Assembly (NCBI GenBank): GCA_040905465.1
Contig: JBBDRK010000036.1
Span: 59,375 to 123,374, forward strand
Source of the DNA: Trueperaceae bacterium
Lineage (GTDB): Bacteria; Deinococcota; Deinococci; Deinococcales; Trueperaceae
Direction of reading: 5' to 3'
DNA length: 64,000 nt
A program made the translations under genes and the position numbers. Shown here one piece after another: positions 44,716 through 54,498 of the stretch (its first letter is position 1; the number at the start of each line of letters is the position of its first letter). The notes below the pieces were generated by a model. The model worked only from the letters and a program-made list of their open reading frames with translations. It was not told the origin of the DNA and did not search any database.

Positions 44716-45579
44716 GTGAAGCTAAAGCTATTGGTGACCATCATCCTTACGGCACTGCTGCTGGTACCGGCCTCCGGCGCCGCCCAGGGCGAGATTCCCG
44801 ACACCCTGACATTGGGCATGGTGCCCAGCCGCGAAGCCGACCGGATCGTCGACTCGCTCGATCCGCTGGCAGACATGCTGAGCGAGCGCCTGCTCATACC
44901 GGTCGAGACGTTCGTTTCGACGAACTACGTCGGTCTGGTCGAGGCGATGGGTACCGGCCGCGTCGACATCGGACTGTTCGGCCCGGCGGCACTGGTGCAG
45001 GCGATGGACCGTCACGGCGCAGAAGTGATCCTGGCTTCCGTGCGTTTCGGATCGAACACCTACAAGTCGCAGTTCACCGTCCGTTGCAACAGCGGCATCG
45101 AGAGCTTCGAGGATCTGCGCGGCAAGAGCATCGCGTTCGTCGAGCCGGGTTCGACCTCGGGATACCAGTTCCCCTACGTTTTCCTCAAGAACGAGCACGG
45201 CATCGACCCCAACACCGACATGGACCCGATCAACGCCGGTAGCCACGACGCCGCCGTTCTCGCTGTCTACAACGGCGACGTAGACGTGTCCACCACCTTC
45301 AACGACGCGCGCACCGCCATCGAGGGCGACTACCCCGACGTGATGGACAAGCTGTGCGTGCTCGGCTACACCCGAGACATCCCCAACGACGGCGTGGTGG
45401 TCCGTCCCGACCTCGACGACGACCTCAAGCAGCAGATCCAGCAGGCGCTCATCGAGATCGCCGAGACCGAAGAGGGCAAGGCGCTGACCGACGAACTGTT
45501 CAACGTCACCGGCTTCGCTCCCATCGATCCTTCCGCTTACGACGTAGTTCGTGACGTGTCACGGGAATTCCAGCGCTGA
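44716..45579 (+). CDS. phnD: Phosphonate/phosphite/phosphate ABC substrate-binding protein
   Basis: Signal peptide, NYVGLVEAM, GSTSGY..P, GSHDAA, IPND; AGGAGG RBS. Confidence 0.9.
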   Translation: MKLKLLVTIILTALLLVPASGAAQGEIPDTLTLGMVPSREADRIVDSLDPLADMLSERLLIPVETFVSTNYVGLVEAMGTGRVDIGLFGPAALVQAMDRHGAEVILASVRFGSNTYKSQFTVRCNSGIESFEDLRGKSIAFVEPGSTSGYQFPYVFLKNEHGIDPNTDMDPINAGSHDAAVLAVYNGDVDVSTTFNDARTAIEGDYPDVMDKLCVLGYTRDIPNDGVVVRPDLDDDLKQQIQQALIEIAETEEGKALTDELFNVTGFAPIDPSAYDVVRDVSREFQR

Positions 45580-45597
45580 GCTGATCGAGTTTCGGCT

Positions 45598-45632
45598 GCG
45601 GGGCCCGGGTGATCCCGGGTCCCGCTGCTTTT
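45598..45632 (+). terminator. Rho-independent terminator-like hairpin after phnD
   Basis: GCGGGGCCCGGG-TGAT-CCCGGGTCCCGC followed by TGCTTTT. Confidence 0.7.
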
Positions 45633-45713
45633 GGCCATCTCGTTGACGACGCTCGATCGGTACCGGTATGTGGTGCCACCGAACGCCTCGATGGGCTAGA
45701 CTCGTTACCGCAC

Positions 45714-46484
45714 ATGATCGAATTTCACGACGTAGAAGTCGTTTACCCGAACGGATTCAAAGCCCTGAAGGGGATCAACCTCGAGATACCGCGCGGCCAG
45801 TTCGTCGTCATAGTCGGCCTGTCCGGTGCCGGCAAGTCCACCCTGATACGCACCGTCAACAACCTGGTGGTTCCCGTTGCCGGTGACGTCCGCGTGGACG
45901 GCAAGTCGGTGACCAAGGCCACAGGCGGCGAGTTGCGGCGGTTGCGATCCGGTATCGGAATGATCTTCCAGACCTTCAATCTGGTCAAGCGCAGCACGGT
46001 GATCAGGAACGTGCTGGCGGGCAGGCTGGGCGACAACAACGCCCTGCTGAGCCTGCTGGGGATCTTCGCGAAGAGCGACGTCGCCCTGGCACACGAGTCG
46101 CTGCAGCGGGTCGGCATTCCGGAGAAGGCGTTCGTTCGGGCCGACGCGCTATCGGGCGGCCAGCAGCAACGTGTCGGAATCGCCCGCGCGCTCGCTCAGC
46201 GACCGAGCATCATGCTGGCCGACGAGCCGGTAGCGTCGCTCGATCCGCCCACGTCGCACTCGGTTATGCGCGACCTCAAGCGCATCTCGCGGGAGGATGG
46301 AATCACGACCCTGGTCAATCTGCACTTCATCGACATGGCTCGGGAATATGCCGATCGGATCGTCGGCATGAACGGCGGGGAAATCGTCTTCGACGGCACG
46401 CCCGACGAAGCCACTGACGATGTCTTCGAGCGCATCTACGGACGAGAGATCGACGAGGAGCACGACATTCGTGGGGCAGCCTGA
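45714..46484 (+). CDS. phnC: Phosphonate ABC ATPase
   Basis: GLSGAGKSTL, LSGGQQQRVGIARAL, LADEPVASLDP, VNLH. Confidence 0.93.
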   Translation: MIEFHDVEVVYPNGFKALKGINLEIPRGQFVVIVGLSGAGKSTLIRTVNNLVVPVAGDVRVDGKSVTKATGGELRRLRSGIGMIFQTFNLVKRSTVIRNVLAGRLGDNNALLSLLGIFAKSDVALAHESLQRVGIPEKAFVRADALSGGQQQRVGIARALAQRPSIMLADEPVASLDPPTSHSVMRDLKRISREDGITTLVNLHFIDMAREYADRIVGMNGGEIVFDGTPDEATDDVFERIYGREIDEEHDIRGAA

Positions 46485-47253
46485 CGCCGCTCCGGCGATC
46501 GCCGGTCGCTTACGGACGATCGGAACGGCGGCTATCTTCCTGGCGCTGCTATGGGTCGCGGGAAGGCAGACCGACTTCTCTTTCGTCGACCTGTGGACCG
46601 GGGCGAACGACTTCTTCGGTTTCTTCCTCCGGCTGAACCCCGACTGGCGGGCACTGTCGCAAATCTGGGCGCCGCTTCTGGAGACGCTGCAGATCGCCTA
46701 CCTGGGGACCGTGTTCGGCACGCTCCTGGCTGCTCCCTTAATCTTCCTGGCGTCGTTCAATACCACCGCGAACGCCCCGGTGATGTGGATCGCCCGCACC
46801 ATTCTCACGCTCATCCGCAGCATCCCCGATCTGCTCTACGCCGCGATCCTTGCTCCGATACTGTCGATAGGACCGCTGCCGGGCGTGGTCGCGCTGACGA
46901 TCTTCACCATGGCGGTGCTCGCCAAGCTGGCGTCCGAGACGGTGGAGGCGGTCGATCCGGGACCTTTGGAGGCCTTGCGGGCCACAGGAGCCGGTCGTAA
47001 CCGCATGATCGTCTACTCGGTGCTTCCGCAGATCGGCGCCACCATGACCTCCTATATCCTCTACGTCTTCGAGATCAACGTTCGCGCTTCCACGGTGCTG
47101 GGCCTGGTGGGTGCCGGCGGACTGGGACAGTTGCTGGTCACCTATCTGAACTTCTTCGACTATGAAGGCATCGCCGTCCTGATCATCGTGATCTTCGCCG
47201 TGGTGCTCCTCATCGACGCGGCCTCGGTCTACATTCGCACGAGGCTGCTCTGA
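46471..47253 (+). CDS. phnE: Phosphonate ABC permease
   Basis: ETLQIA, RSIPDL, EAVDPGPLEAL, FEINVRASTVLGLVGAGG. Confidence 0.92.
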   Translation: MGQPDAAPAIAGRLRTIGTAAIFLALLWVAGRQTDFSFVDLWTGANDFFGFFLRLNPDWRALSQIWAPLLETLQIAYLGTVFGTLLAAPLIFLASFNTTANAPVMWIARTILTLIRSIPDLLYAAILAPILSIGPLPGVVALTIFTMAVLAKLASETVEAVDPGPLEALRATGAGRNRMIVYSVLPQIGATMTSYILYVFEINVRASTVLGLVGAGGLGQLLVTYLNFFDYEGIAVLIIVIFAVVLLIDAASVYIRTRLL

Positions 47254-48077
47254 TGGCGGACGAGCGCGCCAGCGGCCGCGCGGCAAGCGTGCCGCCACTT
47301 CCGGATCGAGCCAGGCGCAGCATCGTGCTGCAGTACGTCATCGTCATCGGCATCCTCGGTTTGGCGATTCTCTCCCTCTACGCCCTGGACCTGCCTTCGT
47401 GGAGCCGTGTCGTGCGTGGGTTGGAGAACAACATGCTGCGTCTTCTGCGCGGCTTCATCGACCCGGAGTGGGGCACCGCGCCACTGGCCATCACGGCCAT
47501 GACGGAGACCTTCTTCATGGCCGTCATCGGCACCACCATAGGAGCCTTCCTCGCCTTCCCCCTCTCCTTCCTCGGCGCCGCCAACCTGGTCGGAGGCACG
47601 CGCTGGGCGTTTCCCGGGAAGACCCTGCTGGTTGCAATCCGCACGTTTCCGGAGATCCTCCTGGCCATCATCTTCGTGCTCGCCGCCGGTCCCGGCCCCA
47701 CCGCCGGAATAATGGCGATGGGCATCCACTCGATCGGCTTCCTGGGCAAGATATTCGCCGACATCATCGAGTCGATCGACCCTGGTCCCAACGAGGCGAT
47801 TCGCGCCGCCGGCGGCAACCAGCTGCACGTCTTCTTCTATTCGGTGGTGCCGCAGGTCCTTCCGGAGTTCGCCTCCACCACGCTATACCGCTTCGAGATC
47901 AACCTTCGCGCCGCAACCATCCTCGGCCTGGTCGGCGCCGGCGGTATCGGGCTGCCGATGATCCAGCGCATCCAGTTCCGCCGCTGGGACGAGGTTTCCA
48001 TGCTGCTCATCGTGATCGTCTCGGTGATCATCGTGGTGGACGCGGTGAGCTCGAGGATCAGGCGCCGGCTCGTGTGA
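47253..48077 (+). CDS. phnE: Phosphonate ABC permease (second copy)
   Basis: RTFPEI, ESIDPGPNEAI, YRFEINLRAATILGLVGAGGIG. Confidence 0.92.
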   Translation: MADERASGRAASVPPLPDRARRSIVLQYVIVIGILGLAILSLYALDLPSWSRVVRGLENNMLRLLRGFIDPEWGTAPLAITAMTETFFMAVIGTTIGAFLAFPLSFLGAANLVGGTRWAFPGKTLLVAIRTFPEILLAIIFVLAAGPGPTAGIMAMGIHSIGFLGKIFADIIESIDPGPNEAIRAAGGNQLHVFFYSVVPQVLPEFASTTLYRFEINLRAATILGLVGAGGIGLPMIQRIQFRRWDEVSMLLIVIVSVIIVVDAVSSRIRRRLV

Positions 48078-48259
48078 CCGGGACGTGAGCCGGCCACGCC
48101 GGGTGTTCGACGTATCGGAGCGGCCCTGACGGTCCTCGCTGCCGCCTCCGGTAATACCGAACCTTCGGTCGGGCGCCGCTCACAGCGGTGAATCTCACGT
48201 TCGCGGCACGACCTCACTGGCTAGACTGCCGTCCGTAGCTGGCTCTAAGGAGGCCCACA

Positions 48260-48718
48260 ATGTTGATCCGACGCGTGATTCCCGTCGCCCTGCTGCTGAT
48301 GCTCCTTTTCGGCTCGACCCAGGCGCAGAACTGGATCGGGGTTCGCTCCGGCTTCCCTTGGGGAGCGAACGTCCACTACGGCCTGGGCGACGCGTTCGGC
48401 GCCGGATCTCATGGCCGGGTGAGCCTGGCGTTGCGGGGCAGTGACTTCGGTGTCGGATTCGACTTCCTGAATACCCTCTCGGTCGAGCCGCCTTTCGAAA
48501 TCTACGTTGGCGGGGGCCCGCTGCTGCTCATCGGCGGCAACGGGCTGCTGGTGGATCTTCATGCGTTCCTGGGCGGCGAGTTCGTGCTCAGCGACCTCGA
48601 CCTCGAGGAGTTGGGCATCTTTGCCGAACTCGGCCTTGGTGGTGGTATCGGCTTCGGCAGCCGTGCGCATGAGAACGCGACAGTACGCGGCGCACTTGGC
48701 TTCAACTACCGCTTTTGA
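48260..48718 (+). CDS. Small outer-membrane beta-barrel-like protein
   Basis: Signal peptide, alternating amphipathic strands, C-terminal GFNYRF; AAGGAGG RBS. Confidence 0.75.
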   Translation: MLIRRVIPVALLLMLLFGSTQAQNWIGVRSGFPWGANVHYGLGDAFGAGSHGRVSLALRGSDFGVGFDFLNTLSVEPPFEIYVGGGPLLLIGGNGLLVDLHAFLGGEFVLSDLDLEELGIFAELGLGGGIGFGSRAHENATVRGALGFNYRF

Positions 48719-48787
48719 GAGTCAGCCGGCGGCCCATGCCGCACGGCCTGGATCAAAGGCGATCTCGGTAGCGCCCGGGGCCGCTGT

Positions 48788-49564
48788 TCAGATGCCCAGC
48801 TTGTCGGCTATGCGCCGCAACCCCTGCAGCGTGAGCAGCGGCTCGAAAGTGTCGACGTTGCGGCAGTGGCCGCGCACTACCTCGGCGAAACCACCCGTGG
48901 CGATCACCTCCACCGTACGGAACTCCGGGTCTATCTCGCGCTTTATCCTCGTCACCATGCCGTCGACCATCTCGGCGTAACCGAACACCAGTCCGGACTG
49001 AAGCGCGCTCACTGTGTTCTTTCCCACGGCCTTGGCCGGCGCCACCAGATCGACGCGTGGCAGCTTCGCCGCCCTCGCGAACAGTGCCTCGGCGGCAACC
49101 ATCGGCCCCGGCGCGAGGGCGACACCCAGCAGCCGGTTCGGCTTGACCATCAGGTCGAAGTTGGTGGCGGTCCCGAAGTCGACGATCACGAAGGCGTCGG
49201 CAGCCGGGCGCTCGAGCGCGGCGATTGCGTTGACGAGCCGATCGGCGCCCACCTCGCGAGGGTTGTCGGTCTCGACCTGCAACAGCCCGTCAAGCATGGC
49301 GCTGTTGACGAGCGCGCTCTCCGCCCGCCAATAGCGCTTCAGTGCGTAGGAGAGCTCACGCTCCACCGGAGGAGCCACGGACGACACTATCGCCCGGTCG
49401 GGCGGCGGCAGATCCTCCAATTCGAGAAGACTCTTGATGAGCACCGCATACTGGTCGGCCATGCGGATGCGGTCGGTGGCCACGCGCCAGTGGGCGGCGA
49501 GCCGCGGTCCGTCGTAGAGGCCCATGACGGTGGAGGTGTTGCCTACGTCGACGGCCAGGAGCAT
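48788..49564 (-). CDS. coaX: Type III pantothenate kinase
   Basis: [51 protein letters not shown]. Confidence 0.96.
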   Translation of the reverse strand: MLLAVDVGNTSTVMGLYDGPRLAAHWRVATDRIRMADQYAVLIKSLLELEDLPPPDRAIVSSVAPPVERELSYALKRYWRAESALVNSAMLDGLLQVETDNPREVGADRLVNAIAALERPAADAFVIVDFGTATNFDLMVKPNRLLGVALAPGPMVAAEALFARAAKLPRVDLVAPAKAVGKNTVSALQSGLVFGYAEMVDGMVTRIKREIDPEFRTVEVIATGGFAEVVRGHCRNVDTFEPLLTLQGLRRIADKLGI

Positions 49565-49728
49565 GCGGTAACTATACCGTTGGAGTCGCTGCGATCCGAG
49601 CGCCCTCCGGCGTTGCCGCCCCGACTCGCCGCGAGGCAATGTCGCTGGCGCCGCGCTCTGTCACGGCGGTCTCGGCGATTCCCCGGGCCGTAAGCGGCGG
49701 CATTGGAGCCGCTTGGTACACTCTTCGT

Positions 49729-50277
49729 ATGACCATCCAGCCCGACCGGTGGATTCGCGAGCAAGCCCTGAAGGGGATGATCGAGCCCTTCAGCGACAAC
49801 CTGGTGCGAGAGGGCGTGATCTCATACGGCCTCTCCAGCTTCGGTTACGACCTGCGCGCCGCGCCGGACTGGCGCATCTTCGTCAACGCCTTCAATACCG
49901 TGGTCGACCCCAAGCACTTCGACACCGATTCGCTGGTCGAGGCGCACGGCGACACCTGCGTGATCCCGCCCAACTCGTTCGTGCTGACCCGCTCGCTGGA
50001 GTACATGCGGATTCCCGAAGACGTCATGGTCGTGGCGCTGGGGAAAAGCAGCTATGCAAGGTGCGGGATCGTAGCGAACGTAACGCCGCTGGAGCCGGGT
50101 TGGGAGGGGCACGTGACGCTCGAGTTGTCGAACACCACGCCGCTGCCCGCCAAGGTGTATGCCCACGAAGGCATCGTCCAGCTGCTGTTCTTCAAGGGCG
50201 AGAGGCCGGAAACGACCTACGCCGACCGGAAGGGCAAGTATCAGGGCCAGCGGGGGGTGACTCTGCCGAAGCTCTGA
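49729..50277 (+). CDS. dcd: dCTP deaminase
   Basis: [42 protein letters not shown]. Confidence 0.96.
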   Translation: MTIQPDRWIREQALKGMIEPFSDNLVREGVISYGLSSFGYDLRAAPDWRIFVNAFNTVVDPKHFDTDSLVEAHGDTCVIPPNSFVLTRSLEYMRIPEDVMVVALGKSSYARCGIVANVTPLEPGWEGHVTLELSNTTPLPAKVYAHEGIVQLLFFKGERPETTYADRKGKYQGQRGVTLPKL

Positions 50278-50415
50278 TGGACATCCTCCAACCAACGGGC
50301 CGTCGACGAGTCGCGACTCCGATGTCCTCTCTACAGGAAATAACCGTGGCGGATTTAACATCGACTGAGCAGCACTATCAGTTCTTGGCCGGCCGAAGTC
50401 TGCCGGCCGAGTCGG

Positions 50416-51210
50416 TCAAGGAGAAGGTGCGCTTTCACCTTCCCCTCGTGAGGAAGAATTCCTTCCTAGATGAGCGTTCTGGATGATGTCAGCTGCCAAC
50501 GCGTACATCTCGCCTCGGGTGAGTCGCAGACCAGGTTCGAAGCCCGACGGCAGAAACCCGGCGTCCAATTCGCAGTCCTCAGTAGGGCACATACCCAACT
50601 CGATAACGGCGGCCCGCGTCATCGACAGGGCCAGTTCAGGGGAGAGCGGGGCTTGGCCGACGTCGAAGCTCGCTAGCAGAGTCTGGCCGAGAGCGTGCTC
50701 GGCAAGGAAGCGAGTGCCGACATTACTCAGGAGGTAGATGTAGTCAATAGCCCGCACAAGCTCATCGAGGCGCGGTTCGTTGTCGTAACCGCCAACCGCC
50801 AACCCGCGCGATAGTAGCAGCCGGTACGCATCATAGGACATGTGCTCACGGGGACCGACCGGCTCCCGGTTCGTGATGTCCGGCAGGTAGGCGCCGCGTT
50901 GCTCCAGCACCGTTCTAATCAGGTCAATCAGCTCGTAATCCGAGACGAGATCAAGAGGACGGACGCCCAACCGCTCTGCTTGCGCCGCCGCAACTCCGAC
51001 CGCCTCTCCCACAACCATGCCGAGCGGTACGACTCGCGCGCTCGACGCCGCTATCGGGTCGTATCCAGCCGTCTTGCCCACTACCCAAAGGTTGTCGACA
51101 CCCTTTGGAACGCTGATGCAAAGGGGTACCCCGTAGATATCGGGGACACCGAATACGAAGCCGTTATCGGACGGCGTGAGCGTCTGCACGTCCAAAGGGT
51201 AGCCCCCTGC
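50416..51210 (-). pseudogene. 3' fragment of an FAD-dependent oxidoreductase
   Basis: GGYPLDVQ, YGVP, VDNLWVVGK, ASSARVVPLGMVVGEAVGVAAA. The N-terminal FAD-binding part is missing and is replaced by antisense antitoxin sequence; junction is approximate. Confidence 0.7.
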
Positions 51211-51405
51211 GGTGACGTCAGGGCGTTGGACGCTCTGAGCGAAAAGTTGAAGATATCCCGCGCCGCATTGGTAAGAGAGGCCATCAGTGAGTACCTGGAT
51301 CGCAATCGGACAGCGCGGCTCGATGATACTTTCGGCCTGTGGAAACACAGCCAGGTCGACGGCGTCGACTATCAGCGGACCCTCCGAGACGAGTGGGGCG
51401 AGTGA
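51211..51405 (+). pseudogene. 5'-truncated CopG/RHH antitoxin (VapB-like)
   Basis: DVRALDALSEKLKISRAALVREAISEYL...FGLWK...DGVDYQRTLRDEW; no suitable start codon or first RHH strand. Confidence 0.7.
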
Positions 51406-51430
51406 GGGCGGTATTCGACACCAATATTCT
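51402..51430 (+). pseudogene. First ~10 codons of a PIN/VapC toxin (MRAVFDTNIL)
   Basis: GTGA overlap with the antitoxin stop; DTNIL PIN motif; homology ends at the duplicated kinase end. Confidence 0.65.
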
Positions 51431-51520
51431 TACCCGGGCACGTCGGCCAAAGGCAGCCGTACTCCGGAACTCGGTGAAACCGGGCCGGCTCTCCAGGTCG
51501 ACCCACCCACCGTGAGCCTC
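51430..51520 (-). repeat. Diverged copy of the histidine kinase 3' end (direct repeat of 51945-52034)
   Basis: Manual alignment gives about 12 substitutions and 1 insertion over 91 nt; encodes EAHGGWVDLESRPGFTEFR/VRLPLADVPG*. Confidence 0.9.
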
Positions 51521-51548
51521 AGTGGCGCACCAGTTCGCGGCGCTTCAT
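51519..51548 (-). pseudogene. hicA: Truncated HicA toxin (MKRRELVRH*)
   Basis: ATGA overlap with the hicB stop; typical HicA N-terminus; fused out of frame to the kinase-end duplicate. Confidence 0.7.
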
Positions 51549-51763
51549 CGAGAATGTACGACTAACTTCTCCTTGATCACGTCCCGACCGCGAAGGTGTT
51601 CATCGGCAAGCGCTCTGTTCGCCTCGAGTACAAGCTCCACCGCTTCGGCCAGGTTCTCACGAGCCTCCTCGAGCGAAGTCCCTTGGGTATTGGCGCCGGG
51701 CAGCTCCTGGATGAACGCCAGATAGCCCTCCGGCACGCGCTCGAAAACAGCCGTCCATGTCAT
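51545..51763 (-). CDS. hicB: HicB family antitoxin (72 aa)
   Basis: TAVFERVPEGYLAFIQELPGANTQGTSLEEARENLAEAVEL; GGAGG RBS. Alternative ATG at 51778. Confidence 0.88.
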   Translation of the reverse strand: MTWTAVFERVPEGYLAFIQELPGANTQGTSLEEARENLAEAVELVLEANRALADEHLRGRDVIKEKLVVHSR

Positions 51764-51944
51764 CACCTGTTCCTCCATGCCGATATTATGGGCCAGATCG
51801 CCGAGACGAGAGGGGGTACAGGCGGCAGAACACCCCGCGGCGCCGTCGAAAGCCGACCGAGTGACCACGCATTCTACGAGCCTGGCGGCTACGAAAATTC
51901 GAATCGAAGGATACCAAAGACGAGCGCACTAAAGCTTTTCCAGT

Positions 51945-53420
51945 TCACTCAGGCACGTCTGCCAGAGGCAGCAGTACCCGGAACTCCGTGAAGCCGGGCC
52001 GGCTCTCCAGGTCGACCCGTCCGCCGTGCGCCTCGGCGATCTGCTGCACGATCGCCAGTCCCAACCCCGAGCCGCCACCCGGTCCCTTGTAGAACTTCTC
52101 GAAGATGCGGTGCCTAAGGTCTTCCGCTATGCCGGGGCCGGTGTCGCGGACCAGCAGGCCGATCTCGCCGGCGCTGCGCTCGACATGGTCTCCGCCGTGC
52201 TCGGCAGCTCCGCCTCCACGAGCGCCCAGGTCCCCGCCGTGGTCGAAGTCTTCTCCGCCCCGCCCGCCGCGCTCTCGGCGGCCACCGCCCCGCCCGCCGC
52301 GGTCCCCGCCGTCATGGCAGACATCCAGGGCAAGCGTCACCGCCGCCGGCTCCCCCGCGGCACGCACCGCGTTGGCCGTCAGGTTGCGCACCAGTTGGCG
52401 CAGGCGCTCGGGGTCGCCGAGGACCATCGCCGTTGCCGGCCTCCCCTCGAGCCTGACTCCAGGAAACTCCTCGGCGATCGGCGCCAGCACATCGGCGACC
52501 GGATCGACCAGGTGGAGGGTCAGCTCCTGCACCAACTCGCCCCGCGATAGCTGAAGCAGGTCGCGTATCAGACGGGCCATGGCGTGCGAGATGCGCCGCG
52601 CGTCGCGAAGCTCACGCGCTACCTCGGGCGAGGCCTTGCGGGTTGCCCGGTCCAGGTATCCCTGCAGGCTGGTCAGCGGCGTGCGCAACTCGTGGCTGGT
52701 TTCGGCCAGGAACTGGCGCTGCGAGTCCAGCGACTCCTTGAGCCGGCCGATCAGTTCGTTCAGGGAGGTTGCCAGTTGCCCGACTTCGTCCCGCGGACCG
52801 CGGTAGCGGATCGGCTCGAGCCTCTCCGGGCCCAGGCGCGACGCCTGCCGGGCAAGATGGCGGATGGGCCTGATGGCTGCCGCCGCGATCAGGTAGGCGA
52901 CCAGGGCGCTGAACATCACCAGTACGAGCGCGGTCACCAGCAGCGCCCGACCGAGCTGGCCGAGTGCCCGGGCGATGAAGGCCGTCTCCGCAATGACGAC
53001 GGCGCTGCCGAACTCGAAAGGTGCCACGGCGGCGCGAGCCGGCCGTCCCAGGAGCTGGCCGCTCCAGTCGCGAACCCCGGCCTCGATGCGAACCGTCGCC
53101 GCCGGCAGGTTCGCACCGGATTGCTCGAACTCCTCGGTCGAAGCCGCCAGGAGCGACCCCTGCGAGTCGTACAGCTGAACGATCACGCCGCCGGTGGGCC
53201 CGGCCAACGACGCTCCGGCTACCCCGGGACCACCTGCTGCATACAGGGCGGCCACCTTGCGGACATCGGCGCGCAGAGACTGCTGCAGATCTCCGAGCAG
53301 GCTTCGCCGTACCACCCAGAAGGCGGTCAGCGATGCCAGCACTGCCAGCAGAGCGATGGCCACGCCGGCGAGCGCCGCGATTCGCCAGCGCAGGGGCAGG
53401 CCGGCGAGCGAGCGCGTCAT
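51945..53420 (-). CDS. Sensor histidine kinase (TM-HAMP-HisKA-HATPase)
   Basis: DEVGQLATSLNEL, SHELRTPLT, LRQLVRNLTANA, DTGPGI, IFEKFYK, GSGLGLAI. Confidence 0.95.
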   Translation of the reverse strand: MTRSLAGLPLRWRIAALAGVAIALLAVLASLTAFWVVRRSLLGDLQQSLRADVRKVAALYAAGGPGVAGASLAGPTGGVIVQLYDSQGSLLAASTEEFEQSGANLPAATVRIEAGVRDWSGQLLGRPARAAVAPFEFGSAVVIAETAFIARALGQLGRALLVTALVLVMFSALVAYLIAAAAIRPIRHLARQASRLGPERLEPIRYRGPRDEVGQLATSLNELIGRLKESLDSQRQFLAETSHELRTPLTSLQGYLDRATRKASPEVARELRDARRISHAMARLIRDLLQLSRGELVQELTLHLVDPVADVLAPIAEEFPGVRLEGRPATAMVLGDPERLRQLVRNLTANAVRAAGEPAAVTLALDVCHDGGDRGGRGGGRRERGGRGGEDFDHGGDLGARGGGAAEHGGDHVERSAGEIGLLVRDTGPGIAEDLRHRIFEKFYKGPGGGSGLGLAIVQQIAEAHGGRVDLESRPGFTEFRVLLPLADVPE

Positions 53421-53437
53421 TGCATCAGCCGCTCAGC

Positions 53438-54106
53438 CTAGCTCTTGATCGCGTAGCCCACGCCGCGGACAGTACGGATCACGCCGTAGCCGCCGGCGTC
53501 GCGCAGCTTGCCCCGAATGTTGGCGATGTGGACGTCCACTACGTTCGATGACGGCGGCAGCTCCTCGCCCCAGACGTTCGCCTCGATCTCCTGGCGGCTA
53601 TAGACGCGTCCCGGCTGCGAGCACAGGTAGAGGAGCAGGTCGAACTCACGCGGCGACAGGCGCAGCTCCTCCTCCGCCCAGAAGGCCTGCCGGCGAGTGG
53701 CGTCCAGAGACATATCCCCGACCTTGCGCGCCATCGCCCCATTGCGCTTGCGAAGCTGAACGTTGATGCGTGCTATCAGCTCGTCGCTGTGGAACGGCTT
53801 CGCCAGGTAGTCGTCGGCGCCGGCGTTGAGCATCTCCACCTTGGTGCCCACGTCGTCGGCCGCGGTAAGGATGATGATAGGTGTGTCGTCGGTATGGCGG
53901 ATGCGACGAGCGATCTCCGCCCCGTTCAGGTCCGGCAGGCCGAGGTCCAGCACCACCAGGTCCGGAGAGTCCTCGCGCACGGCCGACAGGCCACGCATTC
54001 CGGTGTCGTAACTGCTCACCTGGAATCCCGCATCTTCGAGCTCGAGCGTCAGGAAGCGGTTGATGTCGTGGTCGTCCTCCACGATCAGTATGTGCTTCCT
54101 CGTCAC
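53438..54106 (-). CDS. OmpR family response regulator
   Basis: ILIVEDD, LDLGLPD, LTA, GADDYLAKPF, LSPREFDLL, VVDVHI, IRTVRGVGY. Confidence 0.96.
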   Translation of the reverse strand: MTRKHILIVEDDHDINRFLTLELEDAGFQVSSYDTGMRGLSAVREDSPDLVVLDLGLPDLNGAEIARRIRHTDDTPIIILTAADDVGTKVEMLNAGADDYLAKPFHSDELIARINVQLRKRNGAMARKVGDMSLDATRRQAFWAEEELRLSPREFDLLLYLCSQPGRVYSRQEIEANVWGEELPPSSNVVDVHIANIRGKLRDAGGYGVIRTVRGVGYAIKS

Positions 54107-54498
54107 GGCTCCCTCCTGTTCTCGTCGGAGATGGGCAGGACCAACACTATCTCACGCTCCTCCGCAAGCCACTTACGCAGCGATAGCGGACCATCAAGCT
54201 CGGGAAACTCCACCAGGACGTCCTGCCCGTCCTCGGAGATTCGGCCCGTCAGTGCCTGCACGCCGGCAAGCGCCTGGGCTCGTTCCTGGTCGCTGGCGTC
54301 GGGCGGAAAGATCAGCAGCCGCAACTCCTGGTTAGGCGCCAGCGGGTTAGCGAACTCCAAGGTACCGTCGGACACGGTTGCCCTGCCGTATATCGTCAAC
54401 AAATCGTGCGACACGAGTTGGACCACGGTGCCCGGCGGCATCTGGGGAAGCCCGGCGAGTGTCTGGCTGATCAGGAACCAGAAGAGAAGATCGGTCAC
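54103..54498 (-). CDS. Hypothetical protein leading the two-component operon
   Basis: GGAGGA RBS plus GTG 54498; stop overlaps the regulator start (GTGA). Confidence 0.7.
   Translation of the reverse strand: MTDLLFWFLISQTLAGLPQMPPGTVVQLVSHDLLTIYGRATVSDGTLEFANPLAPNQELRLLIFPPDASDQERAQALAGVQALTGRISEDGQDVLVEFPELDGPLSLRKWLAEEREIVLVLPISDENRREP

Noticed and set aside
50277-50486. Short [11 protein letters not shown]... overlapping the dcd stop
   Set aside because: No recognisable motif; it runs through a hairpin (50384-50411) and into the convergent fragment.
50416-51348. 310-aa ORF treated as an intact gene
   Set aside because: The first ~45 codons are antisense to the antitoxin fragment and the FAD-binding N-terminus is missing, so it is called a fragment.
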